From Dickeya dadantii NCPPB 898 (GTDB taxonomy: Bacteria; Pseudomonadota; Gammaproteobacteria; Enterobacterales; Enterobacteriaceae), in NCBI RefSeq assembly GCF_000406145.1, contig NZ_CM001976.1:2625116-2657115 (forward strand): 32,000 bases of DNA. Reading direction: 5' to 3'. A program made the translations under genes and the position numbers. Within the stretch, counting starts at the first letter, position 1. The number at the start of each line of letters is the position of its first letter. Under the pieces are notes generated by a model. It had not been told where the DNA came from and ran no database searches. It worked only from the letters and a program-made list of their open reading frames with translations. Of this stretch, positions 9,119-17,902 are shown piece by piece.

Positions 9119-10528
9119 TCAGCCGGCAAACAGCGGCGCCAGCAGCGCCCCCGCATCCGGCTGACGTTCCAGCTCGAGCAGCGCATCAACAAAGCGCTTG
9201 CTCTGCGTCTCTCCCAGCCGCCGCGACAGATTGTCGCGGCACTTGCGCACAATCTCCGCTTCCGCCATCGGGTTCTGTTCGCACCCCGGCGGATAATCCA
9301 CTGCCGGCGCGTTCAGCCACTGCCCGTCGACGTTGACCCTTACGCGGTTGACAGGCCGCCGCTGCACCGCCATCAACTGCTCCAGCTCGTCATCCACGAC
9401 TAACTCGACCCGCCGGGCAAACGCCAGCAAGGTCGTATTCCGCCGCGCCGCTGCGTCGCTCCAGCGCTGGCGGGGAACGCCGTAAGCCAGGCAGGCCAAT
9501 GCCAGCGGCACGCTGAACTGGGCATCGGTTTCGCTCAGCACCTGCGTATCGGCGAATTGCTGTACCAGCGTCCGACTGCCGATCACCTGAACCCGCGCGA
9601 TCCGATCCGGCGACAGCCTCTGCTGCGCCAGCAATAACTCAAACGCCGCCAGCGCGGTATGCATCCAGCGGCAAACCGGGTAGCGTTTGAAACTGGCATG
9701 GCGCAGTCGCCATTCTTCGCCCAGAGCATCGATCAGCAGCGACGTATCACACCGGTCGGAGCCTGCCATGCGCCAGAACCCATGATCTCCGCCCAGCACG
9801 TCGCGCGGCCCAATGACGCCTTCCCGGTGCAGTAATACCCCGCGCACCCCGGCTTCCGTCGCCGGCGCGTTATAATCCTTGAACGCCACCAGCGGCCGCT
9901 GCCGCCAGTTGTACTTGTGCAGCCCCGGCAGCGGGGTCAGCGACGCCGCCAGCCCGATGGCGTTTTCCAGCCCGGCGGCATCGCAGCCGCTCAGCAGGCC
10001 GAACGCGACCGCCGCGCCAAGCGACTGATGCTGGCACACGCCGTACACCTGCCGGAAACGTTCCGGGCTGGGCTGCTGAGACAGGATCACCCGCCCGTTG
10101 ATTTCCCAGGCGGCCGCCAGCGCGCACAGCAACCGGGCGCCGGATATCTGCCGCCCGTCCAGCGCGGCCAACGCCGCGGCCACCAATGTGGCGCCAGGGT
10201 GCCCCATGCCGCGCCCGTCCCGCTCAAAGCCGTCGTCATAATCCAGCGCGTTCATCGCCGCCGAATTAACAAACGCCGCCCCCAGCGCCGACAGCCCGTT
10301 TGGGCTTCCCAGCACCGGCGATGCGCCCGCCGCATACTGCTGACGCGCCATGCGCTGCGCCTGCAAAAACACCTCGCTCTCCAGCCCGGCGACGCCGCAC
10401 CCCAGCGTATCCAGCAGATGCAGCAGAATTTTCCGCCGCCACACCGTGGGGATCGCCTCTGGGGTAAGCTGGCAGGCAAAACGGGCCAGCGTCAGGGTTA
10501 TTGGGGCGGCATGGTTCGGGGAATACAT
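9119..10528 (-). CDS. MmgE/PrpD-family protein (2-methylcitrate dehydratase superfamily; specificity unknown)
   Basis: 469 aa. N-terminal family hallmark (LARFACQLTPEAIP..RRKILLHLLDTLGCGVAG) and length typical of MmgE/PrpD. Convergent with the SBP gene, with only 19 nt between the stops. Confidence 0.85.
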   Translation of the reverse strand: MYSPNHAAPITLTLARFACQLTPEAIPTVWRRKILLHLLDTLGCGVAGLESEVFLQAQRMARQQYAAGASPVLGSPNGLSALGAAFVNSAAMNALDYDDGFERDGRGMGHPGATLVAAALAALDGRQISGARLLCALAAAWEINGRVILSQQPSPERFRQVYGVCQHQSLGAAVAFGLLSGCDAAGLENAIGLAASLTPLPGLHKYNWRQRPLVAFKDYNAPATEAGVRGVLLHREGVIGPRDVLGGDHGFWRMAGSDRCDTSLLIDALGEEWRLRHASFKRYPVCRWMHTALAAFELLLAQQRLSPDRIARVQVIGSRTLVQQFADTQVLSETDAQFSVPLALACLAYGVPRQRWSDAAARRNTTLLAFARRVELVVDDELEQLMAVQRRPVNRVRVNVDGQWLNAPAVDYPPGCEQNPMAEAEIVRKCRDNLSRRLGETQSKRFVDALLELERQPDAGALLAPLFAG

Positions 10529-10884
10529 CGGTTTGGATTCCTGTCAGGTTCAGGGGGATATGGCAAATATATCGATGATAACACTCCGCTTTCCCGCTGC
10601 TTTATGCCATTTTCGCCGCCGTGTAAACCAAAGGTCATAACCCGGTCATTGCGTACCGGCTACTGTGCCGACGCGTCCCTCGTCGATCCGGTCGTCGCTG
10701 ACAGCCATTGCTCCATCGCGACGCGACTCAGCGAATTTCCCGCTTTCCTTAGCCAAAAATCGGCTATCAATCCGCTTTTTTAGCATTTACTTATCACATT
10801 TTTCGGCTGCTAAGATGCGGTGAATATAAAAAACACCATCGATATAACAATTTGTACGCCATTGGCGTCATCAGGGAAAAACAC

Positions 10885-11556
10885 ATGCGTTATCAATGGG
10901 ATTTTTCCGCCCTGCCGCACTGGTGGCCGTTGCTGCTGGACGGGTTATGGGGAACAGTCCGCATCGGCTTTACCAGCATTCTCATCGGAATGCTGGTCGG
11001 CGCGCTGCTGGCCGCGATGAAACTGTCGTCCACCCGGCTGTTGCGCCTGCCCGCTCACCTGTTCATCGGTTTTTATCGCAACACGCCCGCTATCGTGCAT
11101 TTTTTCTGGATTTACTACGCGCTGCCGGTCCTCAGCCCGCTGACCCTGTCGCCGTTCGCCGCCGCGGTGACGGCCCTGTCGGCGCAGTCGGCCGCGTTTT
11201 ACGCCGAAGTCTACCGCGGCGGCATCCTGTCGATTGCCGAGGGTCAGTGGGAAGGCGCTAAAGCGCTCGGCATGTCGCGCCCGCTGGCGCTGCGACGGGT
11301 GATCCTGCCGCAGGCGTTGCGGCGCATGATCCCGCCGCTGATTGAACGCTCGTTCGAGCTGATTAAATCCACGTCGCTGGCATCGTCGCTGGCTTACGGC
11401 GAACTGTTGTATCAGGCGATGCAGATCAACAGCCAGAGCTTCCGCCCGCTGGAAGTCTACAGCCTGGCGGCGCTGCTCTATTTCACGCTGCTGTTTGTCC
11501 TTAGCCTGCTGAGTCAGTACGTCGAGCGGCGGCTGTCTTACGCCCGCGTACAGTGA
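10885..11556 (+). CDS. Amino-acid ABC transporter permease (His/Glu/Gln/Arg/opine family)
   Basis: The track ORF starts at 10852. I prefer ATG 10885 (MRYQWDF..., AGGGA SD upstream, parallels the MHYQWNF start of the next permease). Contains the EAA-loop region (GQWEGAKALGMSRPLALRRVILPQALRRMIPPL). Confidence 0.88.
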   Translation: MRYQWDFSALPHWWPLLLDGLWGTVRIGFTSILIGMLVGALLAAMKLSSTRLLRLPAHLFIGFYRNTPAIVHFFWIYYALPVLSPLTLSPFAAAVTALSAQSAAFYAEVYRGGILSIAEGQWEGAKALGMSRPLALRRVILPQALRRMIPPLIERSFELIKSTSLASSLAYGELLYQAMQINSQSFRPLEVYSLAALLYFTLLFVLSLLSQYVERRLSYARVQ

Positions 11557-11564
11557 GGTCGCCG

Positions 11565-12239
11565 ATGCACTATCAATGGAACTTTGGCTTTATCTGGCAA
11601 CAGTTGCCGGTCCTGCTGCGCGGGCTGGGCGTCACGCTGGAGCTGTGGCTGCTGGCAGGCATCGGCGGCACGCTGCTCGGTCTGGCGCTGGGCATCGCCC
11701 GCACCGCGCGCCGCCGCGCCGTCCGCCTGCCGGCGATGGCGTTCGTCGAGCTGTTTCGCAACACGCCGGTGCTAATCCAGTTGATCTGGTTTTATTACGC
11801 GCTGCCGGTGCTGCTCGGCATCCAGTTCAGCACCTTTGGCGCGGCGACGCTGGCGCTGACGCTCTACACCGCCGCCTATAGCACCGAAATCTTCCGCGCC
11901 GGTCTGCAGTCGATGGAGCAAGGCCAGTGGGAAGGCGCTAAAGCGCTCGGCATGTCTTACCCGCTGGCGTTGCGACGGGTGATCCTGCCGCAGGTGTTAC
12001 AGCGCATGTTGCCCGCGCTGACCAACCGCCTGATCGAGCTGGCCAAGGTCACCTCGCTGGCGTCGATGCTGGCGGTCAATGAACTGATGTATCAGGGGCG
12101 TCTGCTGAGCAGCGACACCTACCGCCCGCTGGAAATCCTCACCGTGGTGGCGCTGTTCTACTTCGTGCTGATTTGGCCCGGCAGTTATCTGGCCGCGCGG
12201 CTGGAGCGGCGCTGGCGCTCCCCTTTATCAACCCGGTAA
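11565..12239 (+). CDS. Amino-acid ABC transporter permease (second subunit)
   Basis: Paralogue of the preceding permease (GQWEGAKALGMSYPLALRRVILPQVLQRMLPAL). ATG 11565 is preceded by a GAGG SD. Alternative GTG 11553 overlaps the upstream stop. Confidence 0.88.
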   Translation: MHYQWNFGFIWQQLPVLLRGLGVTLELWLLAGIGGTLLGLALGIARTARRRAVRLPAMAFVELFRNTPVLIQLIWFYYALPVLLGIQFSTFGAATLALTLYTAAYSTEIFRAGLQSMEQGQWEGAKALGMSYPLALRRVILPQVLQRMLPALTNRLIELAKVTSLASMLAVNELMYQGRLLSSDTYRPLEILTVVALFYFVLIWPGSYLAARLERRWRSPLSTR

Positions 12240-12277
12240 TTTTTTATCAACCCGGCAACGTTTATCAACCCGGTAAC
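12224..12277 (+). repeat. Tandem triplication (16-nt core TTTATCAACCCGGYAA; periods 19 and 18 bp) re-copying the last codons + stop of the permease gene
   Basis: Cores at 12224-12239 (contains the real stop TAA 12237-12239), 12243-12258 and 12261-12276. The third copy sits 6 nt before ATPase ATG 12283. Confidence 0.9.
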
Positions 12278-12282
12278 CCCTT

Positions 12283-13065
12283 ATGACTGATTCGCAGGAT
12301 ATCGTTTTACGGCTGCGCGGGCTGACCAAAGCATTCCACGGTCAGCCGGTGCTGAAAGGCATCGACCTCGACGTGCGGCGCGGGGAAAAAATCGCCATTA
12401 TCGGCGGCAGCGGCTCCGGCAAGAGCACCCTGCTGCGCTGCCTGAATTTTATGGAAGTGCCGAGCGGCGGCACCGTCGAGCTGGACGGCGAGATACTGGG
12501 GCAGTTGTTGCCGGACGGCACCCGACGCTATGCGGAAAAGCAACTGTGCGCGGTGCGCCAGCGCGTCGGCATGGTGTTCCAGCAATTCAACCTGTTCCCG
12601 CATCTGACGGTGCTGCAAAACGTGCAGGAAGCGCTGCTGTCGGTGAAAAAGCTGCCGCGCGCCGACGCCGCTATCATTGCCCGCCGGCAACTGGAGAAAG
12701 TCGGGCTGGCGGACAAGCTGCACGCACGCCCCGGCAACCTGTCCGGCGGCCAGCAACAGCGGGTAGCGATTGCCCGCGCGCTGGCGATGGAGCCGGAGAT
12801 CATGCTGTTCGACGAGCCGACCTCGTCGCTCGATCCGGAACTGGTGGGCGAAGTGCTGCACACCATTCGCGCGCTGGCGGACGACGGACGCACCCTGTTG
12901 CTGGTGACCCATGAGCTGGGTTTCGCCTGGCATTTCGCCGACCGGGTCATCTTCATCGCCGACGGCGTCATTCACGAAATGGGCAGCGCCGAACAGGTGC
13001 TGCGTCATCCCCAACAACCCCGCACGCAGGCGTTTCTGGCCCGCTTTGCCGAACGCGCGTTTTAA
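12283..13065 (+). CDS. Amino-acid ABC transporter ATP-binding protein
   Basis: 260 aa. Walker A GGSGSGKST, signature LSGGQQQRVAIARAL, Walker B IMLFDEPTSSLD, H-loop VTHE. Confidence 0.92.
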   Translation: MTDSQDIVLRLRGLTKAFHGQPVLKGIDLDVRRGEKIAIIGGSGSGKSTLLRCLNFMEVPSGGTVELDGEILGQLLPDGTRRYAEKQLCAVRQRVGMVFQQFNLFPHLTVLQNVQEALLSVKKLPRADAAIIARRQLEKVGLADKLHARPGNLSGGQQQRVAIARALAMEPEIMLFDEPTSSLDPELVGEVLHTIRALADDGRTLLLVTHELGFAWHFADRVIFIADGVIHEMGSAEQVLRHPQQPRTQAFLARFAERAF

Positions 13066-13074
13066 GGAGTCACC

Positions 13075-13992
13075 ATGAGCGTTTCCTCCCCTTCCACCGC
13101 CAGCAGCCAGGCTTATCGGCAGGACGCCCGCAACGACGAGGTGCAGGTGTACCTCAACGGCGAGTTCGTGCATCGCTCGCAGGCAGTGGTATCGGTGTTT
13201 GATTCGGGTTACGTCTGCGGTGACGGCGTCTGGGAAGGCCTGCGGCTGGTCAACGGCCGGCTGATTTCCCTCGACGCCCATCTGGACCGGCTGCTGGCCG
13301 GCGCGGCCGCCATCCGGCTGGATATCGGCCACAGCCGTGCTGAACTGATCGACATTATGCAGCGCACGCTGGCTATCAACGGCATGACCGATGGCGCGCA
13401 CCTGCGGCTGATGATCACCCGCGGGCGCAAAAGCACCCCGAATCAGGACCCGCGCTTTATTCTTGGCGGCGCGACGGTGGTATGCGTGGCGGAATATAAA
13501 GTGGTGGATGCCGCCGCCAAACAGCGCGGGCTGGCGCTGTTCACCTCCAGTTACCGCACCAGTTCGCCGGACGTGTTCGACCTGCGGCTTAATTCCCACA
13601 GCCGCCTGAATCTGATTCAGGCGCTGTTGCAGGCGATCGAGGCCGGCGCCGACGAAGCGCTGATGCTGGACCCGCACGGTTTCGTCGCCAGTTGCAACTC
13701 CACCAACTTTTTTATCGTGCGGCGCGGCGAACTCTGGACCTCCAGCGGTCGCTATTGCTTTAACGGCATCACCCGCCAGACGGTGATCGACCTGGCGCGC
13801 GCCCAAGGCCTGACGGTGCGGGTGGACGATTTCACGCTGGCGGAAGCGCTGACCGCCGACGAAGCCTTCGTCACCGGCACGCTGGCGGGCATCACCCCGG
13901 TGCGTAAGCTGGATGGCCGCGAGTTTGCCGCCGCGCATCGCGCCATCACCGATCGGCTCAGGCAGTGGTATCAGGAATTTATTGAAGGCTGA
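13075..13992 (+). CDS. Class IV (BCAT/DAAT/ADCL fold) aminotransferase-like protein, apparently lacking the canonical PLP lysine and glutamate
   Basis: 305 aa, strong AAGGAG SD. Collinear with IlvE/DAAT/PabC (GDGVWEGLR, SSYRTSSP, NFFIV..G.L.T, NGITRQ, ADEAFVTGT...ITPV). However, the Schiff-base Lys position reads RLNSHS, and the Glu of the (S/T)EG motif reads ASC (by-eye alignment). Confidence 0.8.
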   Translation: MSVSSPSTASSQAYRQDARNDEVQVYLNGEFVHRSQAVVSVFDSGYVCGDGVWEGLRLVNGRLISLDAHLDRLLAGAAAIRLDIGHSRAELIDIMQRTLAINGMTDGAHLRLMITRGRKSTPNQDPRFILGGATVVCVAEYKVVDAAAKQRGLALFTSSYRTSSPDVFDLRLNSHSRLNLIQALLQAIEAGADEALMLDPHGFVASCNSTNFFIVRRGELWTSSGRYCFNGITRQTVIDLARAQGLTVRVDDFTLAEALTADEAFVTGTLAGITPVRKLDGREFAAAHRAITDRLRQWYQEFIEG

Positions 13993-14047
13993 CGAGTGGA
14001 TGAAGGCTAACTACGCGGAAAACGGCTTGTAGCGGGAAACGGCTTTC
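13983..14047 (+). repeat. Degenerate 17-18-bp-period duplications spanning the stop codon of the aminotransferase-like gene
   Basis: TGAAGGCTGA (13983-13992, includes stop TGA 13990-13992) recurs as TGAAGGCTAA at 14001-14010 (period 18). GCGGAAAACGGCTT (14015-14028) recurs as GCGGGAAACGGCTT (14032-14045). Confidence 0.6.
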
Positions 14048-14098
14048 AGCGCGAGCCACCGTCTCGCCTGGTCGCCGCTTCCGCTTATCGTGCGGACG

Positions 14099-14908
14099 TT
14101 ATGGTCTGTCCGGCTGCAACGTCAGCAGCCGGATAATGGTGTGCATCACCGCGTCGTCGTCGTTGGAGCCGGTAATAAAGCGGGCGGCAGCCTTGGTTTC
14201 CTCAAACGCATTGCGCATGGCGAAGCTATAGTCGCCGCAACGCATCAGCTCAATGTCGTTTAATCCATCGCCAAACACCATGGTTTCTTCCGGCGTCACC
14301 TGCAACAGCGCCTGCAATTTTTCCACCGTACTGCCCTTATGCACCCCAACATCGGCGATGTCGATCCAGGCCGCTTCGGACACCACGATATACGCGCGAT
14401 CGTCATAGGGTGTGAGATGCGCACGAGTCTGATGACAACGCCCTTTTTCATCGAACAGGGAGATTTTGACAAAATCCTCCCGCACCGCGTTGAAATCCGG
14501 CACCAGTCGGACGGTGGCGTAGGATTTTTTCACTTTCTCGATCATTGCCGGCGCCAGCGAGTCTTTCAGCACCGCGCCATCGGGGGTACAGGCGATAATC
14601 ACATGTTCCTGATTCACCGCATCCAGCGTGGCGATCATCTCCCGGCCGAGCGCATTGTCGATCAGCGATTGATAGACGTACTCGCCCCGGTGCCGGATGC
14701 GGGTGGCGCTGTCGCCCAGGATCCAGAAATCCGCCGCCGGTGCGCCGAATAGCTCTTCAACCCGGTCGCTCTGTTTGCCGGTACAGGGTGCAAACTGTAC
14801 CTGCTTGCGCTGCATTAACCCCCTGACCTCGTCAAACAGCGGCCGATTGAACTCGCCGTGGCGGTTGAGAAACGTGCCATCCAGATCGGTAATAATCAGT
14901 TTAATCAT
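14099..14908 (-). CDS. Cof-type HAD-IIB phosphatase (YbiV/YbjI-like sugar-phosphate phosphatase)
   Basis: Motif I IITDLDGTFL, later GDGLNDIELM. Overall similar to E. coli Cof-subfamily phosphatases. ATG 14908 has a GGAG SD 7 nt upstream (track start 14911 is a GTG one codon earlier). Confidence 0.88.
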   Translation of the reverse strand: MIKLIITDLDGTFLNRHGEFNRPLFDEVRGLMQRKQVQFAPCTGKQSDRVEELFGAPAADFWILGDSATRIRHRGEYVYQSLIDNALGREMIATLDAVNQEHVIIACTPDGAVLKDSLAPAMIEKVKKSYATVRLVPDFNAVREDFVKISLFDEKGRCHQTRAHLTPYDDRAYIVVSEAAWIDIADVGVHKGSTVEKLQALLQVTPEETMVFGDGLNDIELMRCGDYSFAMRNAFEETKAAARFITGSNDDDAVMHTIIRLLTLQPDRP

Positions 14909-14936
14909 CACTCTGCTCCATCATGTGTCCGAACGA

Positions 14937-16115
14937 TTAGACCTTCACTGCTTTAGCGCTTAACCCAACCAGCGCCAGCAACACCGCCACCACCAGAAAC
15001 GCAGCCGACAGGCTGCTGTGGTGCGCAATAAACCCGATGCTCGCCGGGCCGGCCAATACCCCGAAATAACCCAGCGTCGTCACCGCCGGCACCGCGGCCG
15101 CCTGCGACATGCTGGTCTGGCGGCCAATGGCGGAGAACATGATCGGCACGATATTGGAACACCCCAGCCCGATCAGCGCATAACCGAGCAACGCTACCGG
15201 CCAGAACGGCACCCACACCGCCAGCATCAGACCGGCGACCGCCAGCGACGCCCCCAGCATCACCATCGGCTGCGGCCCCAGAGCCGTCACCACCCGGTCC
15301 CCGGTCAGGCGACCGAGCGTCATGGCGGCGGCAAAACACGCAAAACCGAGCGCGCCTTGCGCGTCCGGCATCCCGCGGTGCTCGGTCAGGAACACTGCGC
15401 TCCAGTCCAGCACCGTGCCTTCGGCCAGAAACACGGCAAAACAGACCAGGCCCAGCACCAGCACCGCGCCGCGGGGAATGGCGAACGCCGGGCCTTCCGG
15501 CGGATTGGCGTAGGTCAGCAGGCCGGCCAGATGCGTCAGCAATAACACCACCGCCACCAGTACGCTAAGCAGGCTGGCCGCCAGCGGCGACAGCCCCAGC
15601 GACATCATGCCGCTCATTGCTCCGGCGCCAACGATGCCGCCGATGCTGTAAAAGCCGTGAAACCCCGACATCATGGCTTTGCCCGCCGCCTTTTCCACCA
15701 GAATCGCCTGCACGTTCATGGCGCAGTCGGTAGTGCCGACCCCGATGCCGAACACCAGCAGCGCGATCGCCAGCAAAACGGTATCCGGAATCACCGCCAG
15801 CCACGGCAGTATCAGGCAGAACAGCAGCACCGCCAGCGCGATGACTTTACGGCAGCCAAAACGGGTGGTCAGCATCCCGGTGACCGGCATCGCCACCAGC
15901 GCGCCGCCGCCCAGACACAGCAATAGCAGACCAAGCGTACCGTCATCGACGCCGGTATTGAGCTTGGCGAAAGGCACCAGCGCCGCCCATACCGCGGTGG
16001 CGAACCCGGCCAGAAAAAACATCACGCGCGTCGCCCGTTGTTCGCGTCGTCCGGGTTCGTCGCTTACGCGCGCAGATAAAGGGGAGTTGTTCTGGGAATC
16101 CGTTAACTGTTGCAT
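14937..16115 (-). CDS. MFS transporter (YbjJ-like)
   Basis: About 12 hydrophobic segments. Central ...MNVQAILVEKAAGKAMMSGFHGFYSIGGIVGAG resembles E. coli YbjJ. The start is uncertain: ATG 16115 (MQQLTDSQ...) is chosen, and the track start 16175 is a GTG. Neither has a strong SD. Confidence 0.8.
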   Translation of the reverse strand: MQQLTDSQNNSPLSARVSDEPGRREQRATRVMFFLAGFATAVWAALVPFAKLNTGVDDGTLGLLLLCLGGGALVAMPVTGMLTTRFGCRKVIALAVLLFCLILPWLAVIPDTVLLAIALLVFGIGVGTTDCAMNVQAILVEKAAGKAMMSGFHGFYSIGGIVGAGAMSGMMSLGLSPLAASLLSVLVAVVLLLTHLAGLLTYANPPEGPAFAIPRGAVLVLGLVCFAVFLAEGTVLDWSAVFLTEHRGMPDAQGALGFACFAAAMTLGRLTGDRVVTALGPQPMVMLGASLAVAGLMLAVWVPFWPVALLGYALIGLGCSNIVPIMFSAIGRQTSMSQAAAVPAVTTLGYFGVLAGPASIGFIAHHSSLSAAFLVVAVLLALVGLSAKAVKV

Positions 16116-16192
16116 AAAACGATACTGTCTCGTGTGAAAGGAATTGACCAATAACCGCAGCGGCGCGCGGCGCACATCAACGATCCATAAAA

Positions 16193-16984
16193 CTACCCAT
16201 TAAGAACCCGCAGCACCTCTTGATGCAAACGCGGACACCCCGTCGCCAGAATCTGTCCGCCCGCTTCCGGCCGTTCGCCTTGTAGCGTAGTCACCACGCC
16301 GCCCGCCTGCTCGACAATCGGGATAAACGCGGCGATGTCATAGGGTTGCAGCGAATATTCCAGACAGATATCAATGTGCCCGGCGGCCAGCATCGCCATC
16401 GCGTAGCATTCGCCGCCGTAGCGGGTCATCAGCGTGCGCTCGGTGAGGTCATGAAAACGGATCTGTGGATGGCGTTCAATCGGCTCCGGCGAGGTGGTAT
16501 GCAAAATGGCCTGCTCAAGCGGTACATTTTTACGGCTCTCGATGCGGCTTTCTCCCTGCGGGCCTCGATACCAGGCATGCCGTCCATCGGCCCAAAACGC
16601 CTCGCCGGTGAACGGCTGGCTCATCATGCCCATTACGGCGCGGCCCTGGTATAACAGCCCGATCAGCGTGCCCCACACCGGTAGCCCGCACAAAAACGGC
16701 CGGGTGCCGTCGACCGGGTCAAGAATCCACTGGATATCGCCGCTACCGGTCGCGCCGAACTCCTCACCCAAAATCGCGTGCTCCGGGTAGCGTTCGGTAA
16801 TCAACGCCCGAATCGCCCGCTCCGCTTCCCGGTCGGCATCCGTCACCGGATCGAAGCGAAACCCCTCTTTCGGCTTGCTGCCGACATGCAGATTCTGGTG
16901 CGAGCGAAAACGCGGCAGGGTTTGCTGGCTGGCCGCGTCGGCCAGGGTATGAAAAAACGCGATATCCGGCAGTGATTGACGCAT
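16193..16984 (-). CDS. Inositol-monophosphatase-family phosphatase (HisN/SuhB-like)
   Basis: Metal-binding motifs AILGEEFG and WILDPVDGTRPF, and C-terminal YDIAAFIPIVEQAGG. ATG 16984 (MRQSLPD...) is preceded by a GAGGTG SD. The track ORF extends to 17044 without support. Confidence 0.85.
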   Translation of the reverse strand: MRQSLPDIAFFHTLADAASQQTLPRFRSHQNLHVGSKPKEGFRFDPVTDADREAERAIRALITERYPEHAILGEEFGATGSGDIQWILDPVDGTRPFLCGLPVWGTLIGLLYQGRAVMGMMSQPFTGEAFWADGRHAWYRGPQGESRIESRKNVPLEQAILHTTSPEPIERHPQIRFHDLTERTLMTRYGGECYAMAMLAAGHIDICLEYSLQPYDIAAFIPIVEQAGGVVTTLQGERPEAGGQILATGCPRLHQEVLRVLNG

Positions 16985-17051
16985 GGTATTCACCTCTTGG
17001 GATAAAATGCACATCAACAATAGTGGATTGACAAATCGAGTCACAGCGATT

Positions 17052-17111
17052 GATTATGCTCGTTATGCTCGATTTATTTTAAATATAAGGACTGGTTATG
17101 CTCGATTATGC
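17052..17111. promoter_or_regulatory. Reiterated TTATGCTCG / GATTATGC motif in the divergent promoter region (candidate DeoR-type operator)
   Basis: TTATGCTCG at 17054-17062, 17063-17071 and 17096-17104. The last copy contains the deoR-family start codon ATG 17098. ATTATGC occurs again at 17105-17111. Confidence 0.35.
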
Positions 17112-17877
17112 ATCTTTTCCTGAGCAGCGACAATCCCTGATCCGGGATCGGCTGCGCAAGGATGGTCGGGTAGTCTGTACATTGCTGTCACAAGAATTGC
17201 AGGTTTCGGAACACACCATCCGGCGCGACCTGCAGGAACTGGCGCGCGAAGGCGTGTGCAAGCGGGTATACGGCGGCGCGGTCAGCCTGGCTCCTGCTGA
17301 CGGTCACTTCATCACCCGCGCCGCCGCCGACAGCGAGGCCAAAGATCGGCTGGGCCGCGCCTGCGCGGCGCTGGTTCAGGCGGGTCAGTGCATCTTTATC
17401 GATTCCGGCTCCACCAATCTGGCTATCGCCCGGGCGATTCCGACCTCGCTATCCGTGACCGTGGTGACCAACTCCCCCGCTATCGCGCTGGAAATGATGA
17501 AATCATCCCATGCGGAGGTGATCATGCTCGGCGGGCGGGTGCAATCGCGCACCGGCGGCGCGCTCGGTATCACACCGCAGAAACAGCTGGAGAGCATCTA
17601 TTTCGATCTCTGCTTTCTGGGCGGCTGCGCGCTGGACGCCACCGAAGGACTGACCGTGTTCGACTACGAAGACGCGGAATTCAAGCGGGCGGCGGCGCGC
17701 AACAGCAATGAGATCGTGGTGGCGATGACGTCGGACAAGCTCCCGGCGATCGCCCGCTACCATGTCATCCCCTGCGAAGACATCACCACCCTGGTGGTGG
17801 AACAGGCGATCCCGACGGATAAACTCGCGCCTTTTATCGACAAAAAGATGTCTATCCGTTTTGCCGATGCACAATAA
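17098..17877 (+). CDS. DeoR/GlpR-family transcriptional regulator
   Basis: 259 aa. N-terminal wHTH (ERQSLIRDRLRKDGRVVCTLLSQELQVSEHTIRRDLQELAREG) plus a C-terminal sugar-phosphate sensor domain (IFIDSGSTN...). Divergent from the phosphatase-MFS-phosphatase operon. Confidence 0.9.
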   Translation: MLDYASFPEQRQSLIRDRLRKDGRVVCTLLSQELQVSEHTIRRDLQELAREGVCKRVYGGAVSLAPADGHFITRAAADSEAKDRLGRACAALVQAGQCIFIDSGSTNLAIARAIPTSLSVTVVTNSPAIALEMMKSSHAEVIMLGGRVQSRTGGALGITPQKQLESIYFDLCFLGGCALDATEGLTVFDYEDAEFKRAAARNSNEIVVAMTSDKLPAIARYHVIPCEDITTLVVEQAIPTDKLAPFIDKKMSIRFADAQ

Positions 17878-17902
17878 GTCAGCCCTTATGCCGCATGTGT
17901 TG

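Noticed and set aside
12307-13938. 543-aa ORF on the minus strand, plus similar long antisense ORFs at 9917-10783(+), 21722-22849(+), 23873-24997(+), 25412-26761(+), 28325-29272(-) and 4699-5406(-)
   Set aside because: All lie antisense to well-supported genes in high-GC DNA, where stop codons are rare. Their translations are low-complexity Arg/Gly/Ala/His/Gln-rich with no recognisable motifs. They are shadow ORFs.
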